64,000 bases of DNA from Eledone cirrhosa (GCA_964016885.1 OZ024740.1:269142001-269206000); one strand, 5' to 3'; counted from the stretch's first letter, positions 1-13,173 are shown. The notes: generated by a model not told the origin, from the letters alone. Made by a program: numbers and translations.

Positions 1-3000
1 GATCGATTCTTCCTCTATATCTCTTTCTCACTTCCATTCTTTCACTGGAAGAAATCTGCTGTATTCAAACCTGGAGAGGAGATGGGCTCTGCCAGGTTTA
101 AAAGTGGCCATGAAACGTTGTATGTCTATACGGCAATCCTACGACTCCCTTAGGAGGGAGCAACAAGAGATACATACAGTGAGTCACTTGTTCAAAATAT
201 ATAACCAACGACTGTAAAAAACAATCGAAAACACAGAAAGTTATTCCATTCATTTTGTTAAGATACTTTGAGAAATCGTATTGGGATAAATACCACAGAG
301 TATTTAAATACATCTCTCAGCGTTTAAATTTGACTTTCATTATAGATATCAGCAATTTAGTGGAATCCAATCAATTGTCTTTGCCTTTCGCCTTCAAACA
401 TATCCCTGTGTCTAGGCAGAATTAATTGATACTGCTGAACTTAGATTATTTGGTTTCAGGGTTCTATATTTTCAGATTTAATCATACCGATGTCACAAAT
501 ATTTTCCATCAAGTTCACTTTAAACAACTATACACTATGTATTCCAACACTATCATCTGACCTTGTATTTAATACAAAATCAATATTGATTCAAGTTAAT
601 TTAGTGAAGCAAGAAAGAAAAATAATGAAAAATATAAAAGTGAGACAAATCTAAAAATGAACAATCGATAACAAAACATTTTTTTATGAAAACTTAAACT
701 TTTTAAAATTTTATTTTAGCATTTATGATTCATCATCCCATACGTGAATACTACAAAGTCACAATGAGAGATCATATGCTTGTGAAAGAGACCTCAGTGA
801 GGCATCACTCGGTAGGACATGCTTCCACAATTACCAAGATTCGAAATATCTATCAAGCAGAAAAGAATTATATTTGAAACTTTAAATTTCAACAGAAACA
901 CACGGTAACTATAATGTTCTTCGTTGTTTTATACCAGTAGTTCTTACACTTTTTCTGTTCCATGCCTTACAACATCGCAAAACATTTTATACAACCCACT
1001 CCCCAATATAAAAAATAAATGTGTCGGGATAAAAGGATCACCACTCCATACGAACAGATATTCAAATAGATGTCCTGTTTGGTGCAACCTGCATTCAAAA
1101 TCCCTGCTTTATATACACCAGGTCTGAAGGAAAATAAGCCTACTATCTCGCAAATCTTTCCTCTCGAACTGTGATTAGACTTCAAGACATAAATCGAGTA
1201 AAGATTTATAGTTTTTATATTCGTATATCTATTTATAAAAGCATATTAATTTAATTTAATACATTCGATTATTCCTAATCTATATATTTTGATAAATAAC
1301 TCTGCCATCAAAGGTCATCTTCGTTCTTCTTTATCTAGGTTGCAGGAGAGACTAAAATTAATTGGAAGCCCCCGTTTAAGTGGAACACAACTTTCTGTAC
1401 GCATTATTCCACTAATGCACGCGCATGCGCATGTGTGAGTGTGTGCGTGAGTGTGCATATCGATTTATTCTTGAAATATTCAACGTGAATTTATCACGAA
1501 ACGAATTCCCACACTTGAAGCAAAGTTCGACTCACAAAACGGCGCCAATTCCAAAGGGTCTACAATTATCTTCTGAGCTATTGAAGTGTTCCATGATTAC
1601 TGTCCTCTAGAAATATATAAAGGGTTACTACCAGTCCTACAGTAAATCACTGAAACCATAAAATGCTTAACACTCACAATAAACTTCACACAAATTCTGT
1701 CCCTATCTATCTATCTATCTATCTATCTGTATAGTAAAAAAACATAAAGAAAGAAATCTATCTCTCTGTATAATAACAGTGATGTACATGGATAGCGTAG
1801 ACAAATACTATTGACCAGTACGTGTGAGTTTATGTCTAAGTAGTAAACTTCTGTTGTTTTGTGGAAGCATGTTCGTTGAAACGAATCAGTGAAGCAGATG
1901 CTCTATCGATATCCTCAGCATGGTTGTGTCTCGGATATTTGGCATATTTCACAGCAATACGCTATTAGAAACAACCAACTATGACAGCTTGCGATTAAGA
2001 ATTCTGCCAGTTGACCCTAAACTGCACGCCCAATACTCGCACGAGAGTCTTTCGCACAACTCGAATGTCGCAATACCATTTTAATTGACAAGCCAACACT
2101 ATGGACTCATGCAGCTGTAACTCAATCAAAATGAAAGTGCAAATTAATATTTGTAATTAAACATTTTTTTCTTTATTTTCTTGTCAGGTAATTCTAAGAT
2201 TTGATTTTAATGTTGGTATTAACAGTTTGATTAATTAAACGATTTTCAAATTTCCATGCTAAAAAGATTGAAATAAATTCTCGAATCTTAGACAAATGAT
2301 TGAAATGAATATTCAAGAATTTATCTTGAGGTCAATTAATTTGAGTGGGGGGGGGGGATTACGACTTTTTATTTTGTATATTAAAGAGATAATTAATGTT
2401 TCAGAGGATTTACTGAGAAGTTTTGAGAAATAATGAATTTTAAATCCATCCCATTTTTCTTTGATTTAACATTGAATATTCTCATCATTATAATCAGTAT
2501 AAAGGAGAATGAGAGCGTAATTAAGAAGGCGCTTCCTTCATAATAATTAATTGAGTAGCCCTGCAGTGTTCTAGGGAGTTATCAACCGGGCAAAGAAGGG
2601 TAAAATTATATTCTAAACTACTTAAAGAAATGTATTTGTTTTTAATTTTCCTATTTCAGAGGAATTATATTAATTTTGTTATTCAGTATAGCACAGAAAG
2701 AAAGAAAGGAAGAAAGAAAGTTTCTTTCCCTACACAATTTATACACTAATTAGTTGAAGGTGAATCTGGATAGAAGAATCGTATCGATCTCTTAACACGC
2801 TATTTAATGAGATTACATCTTTCTTGTGTTCTTTGAAGTCTAAAGCTATGTGCCACATTAAGCTCATAAGTAACAAATGCTGAGTAAATACTGTTTAGAA
2901 CAAAAGTTCCCAAGCTAATAGACAGTCTATCTCGCTGCTAAATGAGAAGTCGGGCTTTCTATTACTAATATATTTGACTTATCAGTATAAATTACTAGTT

Positions 3001-3196
3001 TCTAACCAGGTATTTTAAGATAGATATAATTAATATTCGGTTTCTTCACCAAACTGTGAGAAAGGTATGTATGGAAAATAATTGTGTGAATGAAGTAAAT
3101 TAAGCAATACGAAAGGGTATAATCACCTGTAGAAGAAGTTTTAAAAGTAGAGAAATGAAATTATAGTAAAAGTAATTGAAGCTATAGATCGGGAAA

Positions 3197-5690
3197 ATAA
3201 TAATAATGATAATAATAATTTCTTATTATTGGCCACAAGAGGTGAACATAGAGGACAATACAAAGACGGGCACATTGGGGGTTTACATGAATCCGTGTAA
3301 AACAAAATAACAAAAACAATTAACAAAATATATAAACAACAAAATTCCCCAATATGGGAGGATGACCACACATGGGTGACTCAGGTTACCCACTAATCCT
3401 GAAACACTCGATGCTTCGAGAGCACCCGAGAAGGTCAACAATCTCCTTTCAAATCAACCAGTCTACAGGCGCATGCTAAGTGTAGGCTCATTCATACGGG
3501 CCATTCTTGCAACATTCACTCATTTTTTAGTAAATGTACTTCGGGGTATCACTTCCCTCTCTACTCACACCTCCCTTTTCAAGTGAAACCTGAAAAAGAT
3601 GATGAGGGATTCGCCGAAAAGAAAAGTGTCTGTCTTCAGTCATTTCAACCTGCTCCACCACATAATCTCTTTCAACAAAAGAAGGCTTCGACGCAATATT
3701 TACTACTGACTCGGTCGATATCCGAATCCGTCCTACATACGTTAACAGCTATTCGACAAAACTCCACAAGTCAGTAATGCACGGAAACTGGACGAATGCG
3801 TGCAGAATGGTTTCGTCGTTCTGCGCACATCTCCTGCATGTCAATCTGACAGCACTTACTAGCCTCTAGAGTTTATCCCGAACCGGTAGTACCCACCTCC
3901 CGATAGCATTGCCAAGCGAATGATTTCTACAAGTTATCCATAGTTTCCGGCTCGAAATTCCTCAGAAACAGACTGGTTAGTTCGATTTCGTCGATGCCCA
4001 GAGACTCTTCAAAGGCCTCGTCGCACTTTCCTACCACTAACCCTATATAGAATTCTAGAGTGAAATTTCCACTAACTGGTGTAGGGCAGTAAGCGTCTGG
4101 CAACATTCCAGATGCCAGGTGCCCAGTCTTCGTCTCTTTTTCAGTTAAAGAGACGAGCAGCAGAAAGGCTCATCTCAAAAACGGCGACCACACCTCTTCC
4201 CCGTTTACGAAAATCTGAAAGTGCTGTAGCTTCAGTGCGTGCATGGCATATCCGTCCGAGTAGAGGGTGCTAGTAGCAGATGGACCGCCTCACCAATGGA
4301 ATCTGTCCCTTCCACAAAAAGCGGAAGAGAAGATTGGTGAACGGGGCAAAGGCACGACGGTCAGGTGATAGTAGATGACGGAAGCGATGTACGCGTTCAC
4401 CTCCGCCACCCGACCTTTCAAGGATAGTTTTCTCCCGGACCATTTCTGGGTGACAGTGGCCATCCTGCTCGTTACCTCGTCCCATTTCATATCCACCTAG
4501 AGGTCGGGTATGAACCAGAACAACTTCACCGGTCCGTCTATCCAGCGTCCGAAGACGCTGTTGAATAGCATGAATTTGCCTCTCCAGGTGCCGAGCTGCA
4601 ATCTCAACGAGATTTCCGGGTTCAATTTGGCTGCCGTCAACATTTCATATTCTTCCAGTTGTTCGACATTATCATAGTGATGTCGTCCGCATATGCCGAC
4701 ACAGTGCTCTCACGTCCCGGTTCCAGCGGGATGCCCTGAAACAGAGATCCAACTTCTGTAGTAATGGTTCTTTTCGAGAGTCAATACGTACAGAAGGGAG
4801 GAGAGCGGAGACCCTTGACGGACCGACCATGCGATCTGAAACGGTTCTGAAAGGTGGCCATATACTTTGACCACCGAACAGGTGCCGCTGTGCATTGAAT
4901 CTATCCAGCTTCTGAATGCAGACTGATCGGGAAATCTGAAACGGTTCCGAGAGTTGGCCATTAACCTTGACCACCGAACAGATGCCGCTGTGCATTGCAG
5001 CGATTCAGCTTATGATGACGGGGCCGAAGCCAGCTACCTTGAAGATAGCCTCGATTGATGGTCGACCCTATCGAAAGCGTTTGATTGATCTAAATTGATC
5101 AGAGTCCCACCGAAGCCAGGTTTACTCCTTACCTTCTCTATGAGGTGGAGATTGCTTTGTATGGACCTGGTCGAGAATGCCCAAGTTTGCGCCTCCCCTA
5201 CCTGACCCTCGACGACAAGCATCAACTTCTTCGCTAACACATTGGTTAAACTCTGATTTGAGCATAAATTATCTAAAGTAGTCCTTTTGTTCTCGTCTTT
5301 CCTCATCAGCGTCACTATGCACTCACAGAACTGAAAATACTCCCGTTCTGCTGCCAGTTGTAGTAGAGCGGTTCGACGAGATCGGAGAAGAAGTCTGGAA
5401 TTTCTATATAAAATTCGTAGTGCAGACCATCCAAACAAGTTGACATGCGCTTCATTCAACCAACCAAGGCATCCCGAATAGCAGCTGGCGTTATCAGCGT
5501 TTCACAGCACTCAGCATTGGCTGGGAGTTGGGGGACGTCGAGTTGTTGTTGTTGTTGCAGTTGACGGTGTTGTTATTTTGGTTGTCTTCGACGCTGCATG
5601 CTGTGGTGTTGTTTATGCTGTTTTTTTTTAAAGTTGCTGGAAGAGGGGACGGCCTCATCATCAACGTTTGTACCGCTGTCAAACGACAGC
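3197..5690 (-). mobile_element. Decayed Tx1/L1-clade non-LTR retrotransposon (RT remnants plus 3' end with TTA-repeat tail)
   Basis: Broken minus-strand ORFs (LINLDQSNAFDRVDH, VRQGSPLS, KLSLKGRVAEVNAYIASVIYYHLTVVP) match the RT of the element at 59.7-64 kb; (AAT)n at ~3197-3220 is the tail; many frameshifts and deletions. Confidence 0.9.
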
Positions 5691-5996
5691 AGACACAAAA
5701 TTAAGCCATATTTTTTAACAATAAAATTGCTTTTAACAAAAGGAATAAAGTTCATATATATATGTTTTGACCAAAAGGCCCAACTATTATAAAGTCTCCA
5801 TTCCCTATGGCAACGACGGAAGTTTTACGATCTCTTTGCAAAAACAAATGGCAAATACAGAGTTTAAAAAGCAGCCATTCAATTCACGAACTCGCAGAGA
5901 TTCAAAAAACAAGTCAGTGCCATACAACTTTCACTCTGCTTAATACTTTAACGTTTGAATGTTTTAAATAATATGGTAAATTAAACACCAAATCTA

Positions 5997-6000
<4 letters not shown>

Positions 6001-6085
<85 letters not shown>
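6001..6085. repeat. (TA)n microsatellite, representative of dozens of (TA)n, (CA)n and (GA)n tracts in the window
   Basis: Direct reading; these tracts generate the YIYIYI, HTHT and VCVC ORFs in the ORF track. Confidence 0.98.
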
Positions 6086-6089
<4 letters not shown>

Positions 6090-6205
6090 TAAAAAGAATT
6101 CCAACTTTGTCTGATTTACTCGTTTTATTTACAATCCTTTAAAATGTATAATAGTATTAGAATGAAATAGTATGATAGAATATTAAATAAATGTTAAGTA
6201 TTAAT

Positions 6206-6244
6206 TGAACAAGTACTTTCATGCTTTCGCAATCTTCAGGTTCA
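6206..6244 (-). ncRNA. Minimal type I hammerhead ribozyme in the PLE terminal repeat
   Basis: Minus strand: tgaac CTGAAGA t tgc-gaaa-gca t GAAA gtac TT gttca; 5-bp helix I, GAAA-capped helix II, palindromic GTAC in place of helix III. Confidence 0.8.
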
Positions 6245-8011
6245 TATTCTTTGGTGACAGTCAAGTTTGCAATTTTCAACTGTGATGAGATGGGTAAATT
6301 TTGTGCCTTATATACAGTGAAAAGTGGCTACAGAAGGCTAAATCTTGCAAACTGTATTTCGAACAATCGGTGTGTAGTTTCACTGGATTACTAAAGCTGA
6401 TTGGTTTAGGCGTCACGGTTGGTTGAGCATGTCTAACGACTACTAATTGACCCTATCCAAAGCATCATTTGTTTTGCTATTTTTAGAAATGATGAAAATA
6501 GCATGTTGTAGTAATCATCACTATCAACATCACTTTTATTATTATTATTGTTGTTGAAATAGTTGAAATAGAGGAAAAATATAGTACTGACTTTAGAATG
6601 TACATTGAAAAATCTGGGAAGAGATACCTTGACGACTGTTTCATCATCTGGACAGAATCTCTAGATACTCTGGATGAGTTCAATATCCTCCTGAATAACC
6701 TACACCCATCTCTCCATTTCACAAAAGAGATGAGTAGTACCAAATTACCATTCCTAGATATAATGATAATCAAAAACGACACCACCATTACCACGGATAT
6801 ATATTATAAACACAAAGACACCCAAAAATATCTGAATTTTAAGTCGTGCCATCCACCTCATACAAAACGCAACATCCCATACTGCCTAGCCAGAAGAATT
6901 TGTACCATTATAGAAGATACGAATACCAGGTACAAACGCTTAACAGAACTAAGAGAAGTTTTGCTCAAACAAAAATACCCATCTCTAATTATAGAAAATG
7001 GCATACAGCGAGCTATAAAAATACCTATACAACAACCAAAGGAAGAAGAAACCAAGAATTGGTCATACCATTTATAATGACATACAACCGATGTCACCAG
7101 AACACTTCCAAAGCAAACCTACCGATCATTGCTCAAAGTAATGAATTAAAAGGCTTAATCACAGATCGATCTTTGACTCTTAGTAAAAGACAGCCGAAAA
7201 ATTTGAAGCAGTTACTAACAAAAGCAAAGTTTGACCTTAACAACAAAGACCAATCATTCACTGTATCTAAATGCAATGATAGTCGATGTGGCACATGTCA
7301 ATCCATACACGCCAGTCAATATATGAAAACAAAAACTGGAAAAATATTCTCAAATGCAAATATGAACTGCAAAAGCAGAAATCTAATTTACTGCACTAAA
7401 TGCCCTAATTCTGAAGAACTATATGTCGGTCAAACTGGAAATGCACTATTGGAACGTGCACGGGTACACCGACAGCAAATCAGAGACCCAAATGTCCGTC
7501 AGATACCCCTGAGTAACCATCTAGCAACATGTGGTCAGAGAATATTTATATTTCCATTCTACAAATTACACAGCCCAAAGGAAATCAAAAGAAAAATCAA
7601 AGAAAAGGATTTTATTAATAAATTCAAACCCAAGCTAAATGAACAATAATAATGAGGTTTTAATCCTACTATGACTATGATTACGACCACTAACAACAAC
7701 AACAACAATAATAATAACAAAAGTGATGTTGATGGTGATGATTACTAGAAAATGCTATTTTCATCATTTCTAAAAATAGTAAAACAAATGATGCTTTGGA
7801 TAGGGTCAATTAGTAGTCGTTAGACATGCTCAACCAACCGTGACGCCTAAACCAATCAGCTTTAGTAATCCAGTGAAACTACACACCGATTGGTCGAAAT
7901 ACAGTTTGCAAGATTTAGCCTTCTGTAGCCACTTTTCACTGCATATAAGACACAAAATTTACCCATCTCATTACAGGTGAAAATTGCAAACTTGACTGTG
8001 ACCACAGAATA

Positions 8012-8050
8012 TAAACCTGAAGATTGCGAAAGCATGAAAGTACTTGTTCA
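8012..8050 (+). ncRNA. Minimal type I hammerhead ribozyme (sense copy of 6206-6244)
   Basis: taaac CTGAAGA ttgcgaaagcat GAAA gtac TT gttca; one helix I mismatch relative to the inverted copy. Confidence 0.75.
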
Positions 8051-8208
8051 ATTAACACTTAACATTTAATATTCTACTATACTATTTCATTCTAATACCA
8101 TTATAAATTTTAAAGGATTGTAAATAAAACGAGTAAATCAGACAAAGTTGGAATTCCTTTTATTAATATAATCATCAATTATTAATACACAATCATACAC
8201 ACCCGTGT

Positions 8209-8340
<132 letters not shown>

Positions 8341-8773
8341 CCGGAACAATCATCACACTACATCCACCATAAACTTCATAGAAACTGCTTTTCATACACA
8401 AGCATCTCTGTCTGCTTAATATGCTTTTATACCTGTATTGTATTATGTGATACTTTTGCCATACTGTGTAATATATGCTTAGTACCATTGCTTGTTTCCT
8501 ACCTGCTTATTCTGTACATGCCTAACACATCTGCACTCTTTCTATACGCTAGCATATGTACTGCTAATCTCCTCGTTTTGCGAGTAACTTTCTTCTTTAA
8601 TTCCTCTATAACTGTTATATTATTCTTTTACATTCGTTGTCGCATCCATTGATAGTGACCACATCATCTTCACTCTTTAAATATGACACTGTTAATGACA
8701 ACACTAACATCTATGTATCTTTACGATTGTTCTGTGGAATAGGAGGTTAATTATATGTCTAAAACTTTGCTAG

Positions 8774-8815
8774 TGCTCCGATGATTCCAAACGAAAGTTT
8801 GGAATCATCGGAGCA
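8774..8815. repeat. Perfect 19-bp-stem hairpin with GAAA loop
   Basis: tgctccgatgattccaaac GAAA gtttggaatcatcggagca. Confidence 0.9.
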
Positions 8816-8971
8816 ATAAAATGTTTTGAACATAGTTGATCATTCTGTAATTTATATTCCGGCTCTGTAAAACATCTGATGTATTTACATTGAGCTATTT
8901 TTCTTACTGGTAATAAGGTAGTAATGAATTACTGACCTTTCTTGTTTATAATTATATATAAGTATAAATAT

Positions 8972-9073
<102 letters not shown>

Positions 9074-9194
9074 GTATATATATTTATTTATATATATATT
9101 TATATATATATATATATATATATTTATTTATATATATATTTATATATATATATATTTATATATATATATATATATTTATGTTTATATATATTTA

Positions 9195-9239
<45 letters not shown>

Positions 9240-9305
9240 GACGTAAAATAAAAAAATATTTTTTTAAAAAAATTTAAAAAAAATTTTTTTCTTACTTAAA
9301 TTTTC

Positions 9306-9387
9306 ACTCCAACTAATAAGTTTCTGCAATGGGATAAAGACAGTTACGTAATTCAACTGTCGAGAATTCATTGCGTCATCAGGAAGT
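9306..9387 (-). ncRNA. Type I hammerhead ribozyme with extended helix II (inverted copy)
   Basis: Reverse complement of 9964-10045. Confidence 0.78.
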
Positions 9388-9698
9388 CTATTCTCAGTTA
9401 AGTCTCCAGGCAATGCGCGGACACTGGCGGCTCATATAAAAATAATAATAATTCGGTAAATCGAGTAAGAAAAAAATTTTTTTTAAATTTTTTTAAAAAA
9501 ATATTTTTTTATTTTACGTCCTTTATATTATTGTTCTGCATTCTCCTGCATTGAACCACCTAGGTACTATGACATAACCTGTGTATTTGCTGGCATGGGC
9601 GTGCATCTGTGCGCTTATGTTAGTTGATATATTAAATTATCTATATTTATCTCCAAATCACTGATTTGTCGAGCAAACTTGTCAAAACCACTTCTAAA

Positions 9699-9745
<47 letters not shown>

Positions 9746-9963
9746 GGGTGTTAGTAGGCGTCAGTCATCTTACCATCCCATTCCTTCTAACTAGCCTCTG
9801 TGTCACGTGATTGATTCTTTAGAATCGGCCATTTGACTTGAAGCAGTGAGAATTTCGGTACATAGAATTCAGTCCTCGCAAGCTGTTCGATTTACCGAAT
9901 TATTATTATTTTTATATGAGCCGCCAGTGTCCGCGCATTGCCTGGAGACTTAACTGAGAATAG

Positions 9964-10045
9964 ACTTCCTGATGACGCAATGAATTCTCGACAGTTGAAT
10001 TACGTAACTGTCTTTATCCCATTGCAGAAACTTATTAGTTGGAGT
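9964..10045 (+). ncRNA. Type I hammerhead ribozyme with extended helix II
   Basis: acttc CTGATGA c gcaatg...gacagtt-gaattacgt-aactgtc...cattgc a GAAA ct-tatt-ag TT ggagt; all three helices can pair. Confidence 0.8.
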
Positions 10046-10232
10046 GAAAATTTAAGTAAGAAAAAAATTTTTTTTAAATTTTTTTAAAAAAATATTTTTT
10101 TATTTTACGTCCTTTATATTATTGTTCTGCATTCTCCTGCATTGAACCACCTAGGTACTATGACATAACCTGTGTATTTGCTGGCATGGGCGTGCATCTG
10201 TGCGCTTATGTTAGTTGATATATTAAATTATC

Positions 10233-10266
<34 letters not shown>

Positions 10267-10500
10267 AATATAAATAAACATAAATATGTATATATATATA
10301 TATAAATTTATATATATATATATATATATCTGTGTGTGTGTGTGTGTGTGTGTGTATCCGAGGCCCGCACGATTTCAGAGCCAGGTTTGATCACCATATC
10401 GATCGTGCCTCGAGCTGGTTGCCGAGAAACAATTGTAATATGTCCAATAAATTCCTTTCCTGGCAAAACTGATCCTCTTTTTACTGTGATATATATATAT

Positions 10501-10608
10501 AATCCCTTCGAGGTTAACTTTGACTTTTATCCTTACGGAGTCGATAAAATGAAGTATCAGTAATGTACTGGTTTATTGCTGGCCTTGTGCCAAAAGTAGA
10601 AACAATTA
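10501..10608 (+). mobile_element. 5'-truncated copy of the tRNA-derived SINE
   Basis: Matches the 3' half of 40541-40727 (ttatccttacggagtcgataaaat...ggccttgtgccaaaagtagaaacaatta). Confidence 0.85.
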
Positions 10609-10801
10609 TATATATATATATTAAGTAATGATATTTTCGAAACAGCGAGTTAGTTTGAAATTATTAGAAATGTAAGCTATCGCCGTATTTTGACTAAAGA
10701 AATTAAAGAAATTATTTAGCCTGGTAGTGGGGTTAAGAACCCCCGGAGAAAGGGAAAAAGATGAGTATTGACGTACATATATATATATTTATATAGATAT
10801 T

Positions 10802-10834
<33 letters not shown>

Positions 10835-10998
10835 TTATGTATATATATATTTATATATTTATATATATATACAAATTTATATATATATATATATATATAT
10901 ATAAAGGTTTACATATACATAAAGTCATAGATATATATGTTTTGCAACCGGTCACGTTGTGGCTGAATGAAGAATTAATAAATTAAATAATCAGAGCA

Positions 10999-11188
10999 AT
11001 ATATCATAAATCATGTCCTTAGAATCACTAGATATAATATATACGATTTCTTCTCACAATTAGCATAATTAACCATATAAAAAAATCAATTAGACCATTG
11101 GTCTATTGATTTTTTTATATGGTTAATTATGCTAATTGGGAGAAGAAATGGTATATATTTTATCTAGTGATTCTAAGGACATGATTTA

Positions 11189-11196
<8 letters not shown>
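10999..11196. repeat. Fold-back palindrome, ~98-bp arms, centre tagacca-t-tggtcta
   Basis: Arms are reverse complements with a few mismatches; right arm runs into (TA)n. Confidence 0.9.
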
Positions 11197-11250
<54 letters not shown>

Positions 11251-11262
11251 TTATTTATATAT

Positions 11263-12205
11263 TGTTATACTTGGGGAGGGTCATATTTGCGTAATATTGT
11301 CAGAATTAATAACAGAACACACTCACTGTTTGGTTGGTTTTCGCTTCTCGCTGTCTTTTATATCTGAGATCTAACTTACTCGGTCCTCAATGTTGCCATT
11401 GACTGACCGACGGTCAAAAATAGTACAGATACAATATAGACACAAACACATATATATAGTTTACATAATATACAGAAATCTTTCGTTGCACATCTGCAAC
11501 ATCGTCAGTGGTGTTATATTTTTTTCCTCCTGTTGTGTTGTATGTCTACGCCATTTTTTATTCAGTCTGTCTATATATTTATTTATTTATTTGCTTGTTT
11601 GTTTATTTTATTTTGTCTTCTTTGCGCATGCGTTTGCGTGTGTGTATAGTGTTATGTGTGCTGTGTGACTAGTGTGTATAGTGTTGTGTCTGCTGGGTGA
11701 CTAGTGTGTGTTTATGTGCTTGTTGTTATTGTGCTTGTGTATGTATTTATTTATCTTATTTTATTTTATTTTATTTACTTATTTATACTTCTCTTAGGTC
11801 AGTGTTGTTATATATATTTATATAGTATAAAGAAAACGAAAATTCAGTGATGCATTTGGACTTAATTTATTGCGTGCTACAATTGTTTCGCCGGCAGGTA
11901 GCTCGAGACATGGTCCCCGTATGGATCTGGCTGATTCTACGGTTGCAGGTTCTTTCAGACACGGGTAGTTCGTTCGGAGCAAATTTTATCACTGAAAGAA
12001 CCTGCAGCCGTAGAATCAGCCAGATCCATACGGGGACCATGTATCGAGCTACCTGCCGGCGAAACAATTGTAACACGCAATAAATTAAGTTCAGTGCATC
12101 ACTGATTTTTCGTTTTCTTTATAATATCTACACTCTACTCTGCTGAATATCGAGTGCTAATTTTGGCATACTGCCTATGGGAGCACCATAGCTATCGTTA
12201 TACAC

Positions 12206-12277
<72 letters not shown>

Positions 12278-12930
12278 CAGCCAGTCTGCTAATATGCAAA
12301 TCAGACCGATTAGTCACTGTGTATTTTTGAAAATAGCATATATTTTCACTAGCTCTGAAAGTTTGGCAAGTGAACAGTGAGCTGCAGTTCTGTTCACATG
12401 CCAACACAAGAGCAAGAATGAAACGTTCATTCTACTGACATGACTATAAAATTGGGGTTTGTTTGCATAATTGCAAACGAATCGAATCTTATTATTAATA
12501 TTCAAAAACTCAGATTTCATATATATATATATTTATATTTATATTTATATATATATATAACAAAACACAATACACACACGCAAACGCATGCGCAGAGAAG
12601 ACAAAAAAATAAACAAATAAATAAATAAATAAACAGACTAAATAAAGATGGCGTAAGCATACAATGGAACGGGAGGAAACATAATAGCACCACTGACGAG
12701 TTTGCAGATGTGCAACGAAAGAACTTTGTTAGACTATATATATGTGTTTGTGTCTAAATTGTATCTGTATATTTTGACCGTTGGTCAGTCAATAGTAACA
12801 TTGAGGACCGAATAAATTAAATTAACAGATATAAAATACACAGAAGCGAAAACCAACCAAACAGTGAGTGTGTTCTGTTATTAATTCTGGCAATATTCAT
12901 ACACAAATATGACCCTCCCCAAGTATAACA
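11263..12930. mobile_element. Non-autonomous TIR element with long (~370 bp) imperfect TIRs and TGT...ACA ends (Ginger-like by termini)
   Basis: TGTTATACTTGGGGAGGGTCATATTTG at 11263 versus CAAATATGACCCTCCCCAAGTATAACA ending 12930; ATAT on both sides; related TIR at 26037. Confidence 0.75.
11826..12123. repeat. Nested fold-back, ~133-bp arms, ~33-nt spacer, carrying a GAAACAATTGTA half-hammerhead motif
   Basis: 11826-11958 is the reverse complement of 11992-12123; related single copies at ~10360-10455 and ~25425-25560. Confidence 0.9.
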
Positions 12931-12939
12931 ATATATATA

Positions 12940-12980
<41 letters not shown>

Positions 12981-12981
12981 T

Positions 12982-13015
<34 letters not shown>

Positions 13016-13053
13016 TATATATATATATATTTATATATATATATTTATATATT

Positions 13054-13173
<120 letters not shown>

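Larger units (their letters stand above)
6084..8167 (+). mobile_element. 5'-truncated Penelope-like element with inverted terminal duplication (~470-bp arms 6084-6556 and ~7700-8167)
   Basis: RT C-terminal half (RYLDDCFIIW, LPFLDI, YLNFKSCHP) at 6598-7077; frameshifted Cys linker (CNDSRCGTC) and GIY-YIG nuclease (NLIYCTKC...LYVGQTG...RARVH) to 7649; the 3' UTR is copied in inverted orientation upstream; microsatellites on both sides. Confidence 0.93.
9233..10236 (+). mobile_element. Non-coding element with PLE-like terminal architecture (inverted plus direct terminal repeats, HHR)
   Basis: ~9233-9464 is the reverse complement of ~9887-10118; ~9464-9646 is directly repeated at ~10055-10236; internal ~40-nt poly(T); flanked by (TA)n; no ORF. 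Confidence 0.75.

Noticed and set aside
890-1135. Possible minus-strand exon after a ttttccttcag acceptor (...ECRLHQTGHLFEYLFVWSGDPF... or PGVYKAGILNAG...)
   Set aside because: Stops in or near every frame, no recognisable protein family and no partner exons; cannot be supported without homology or RNA data
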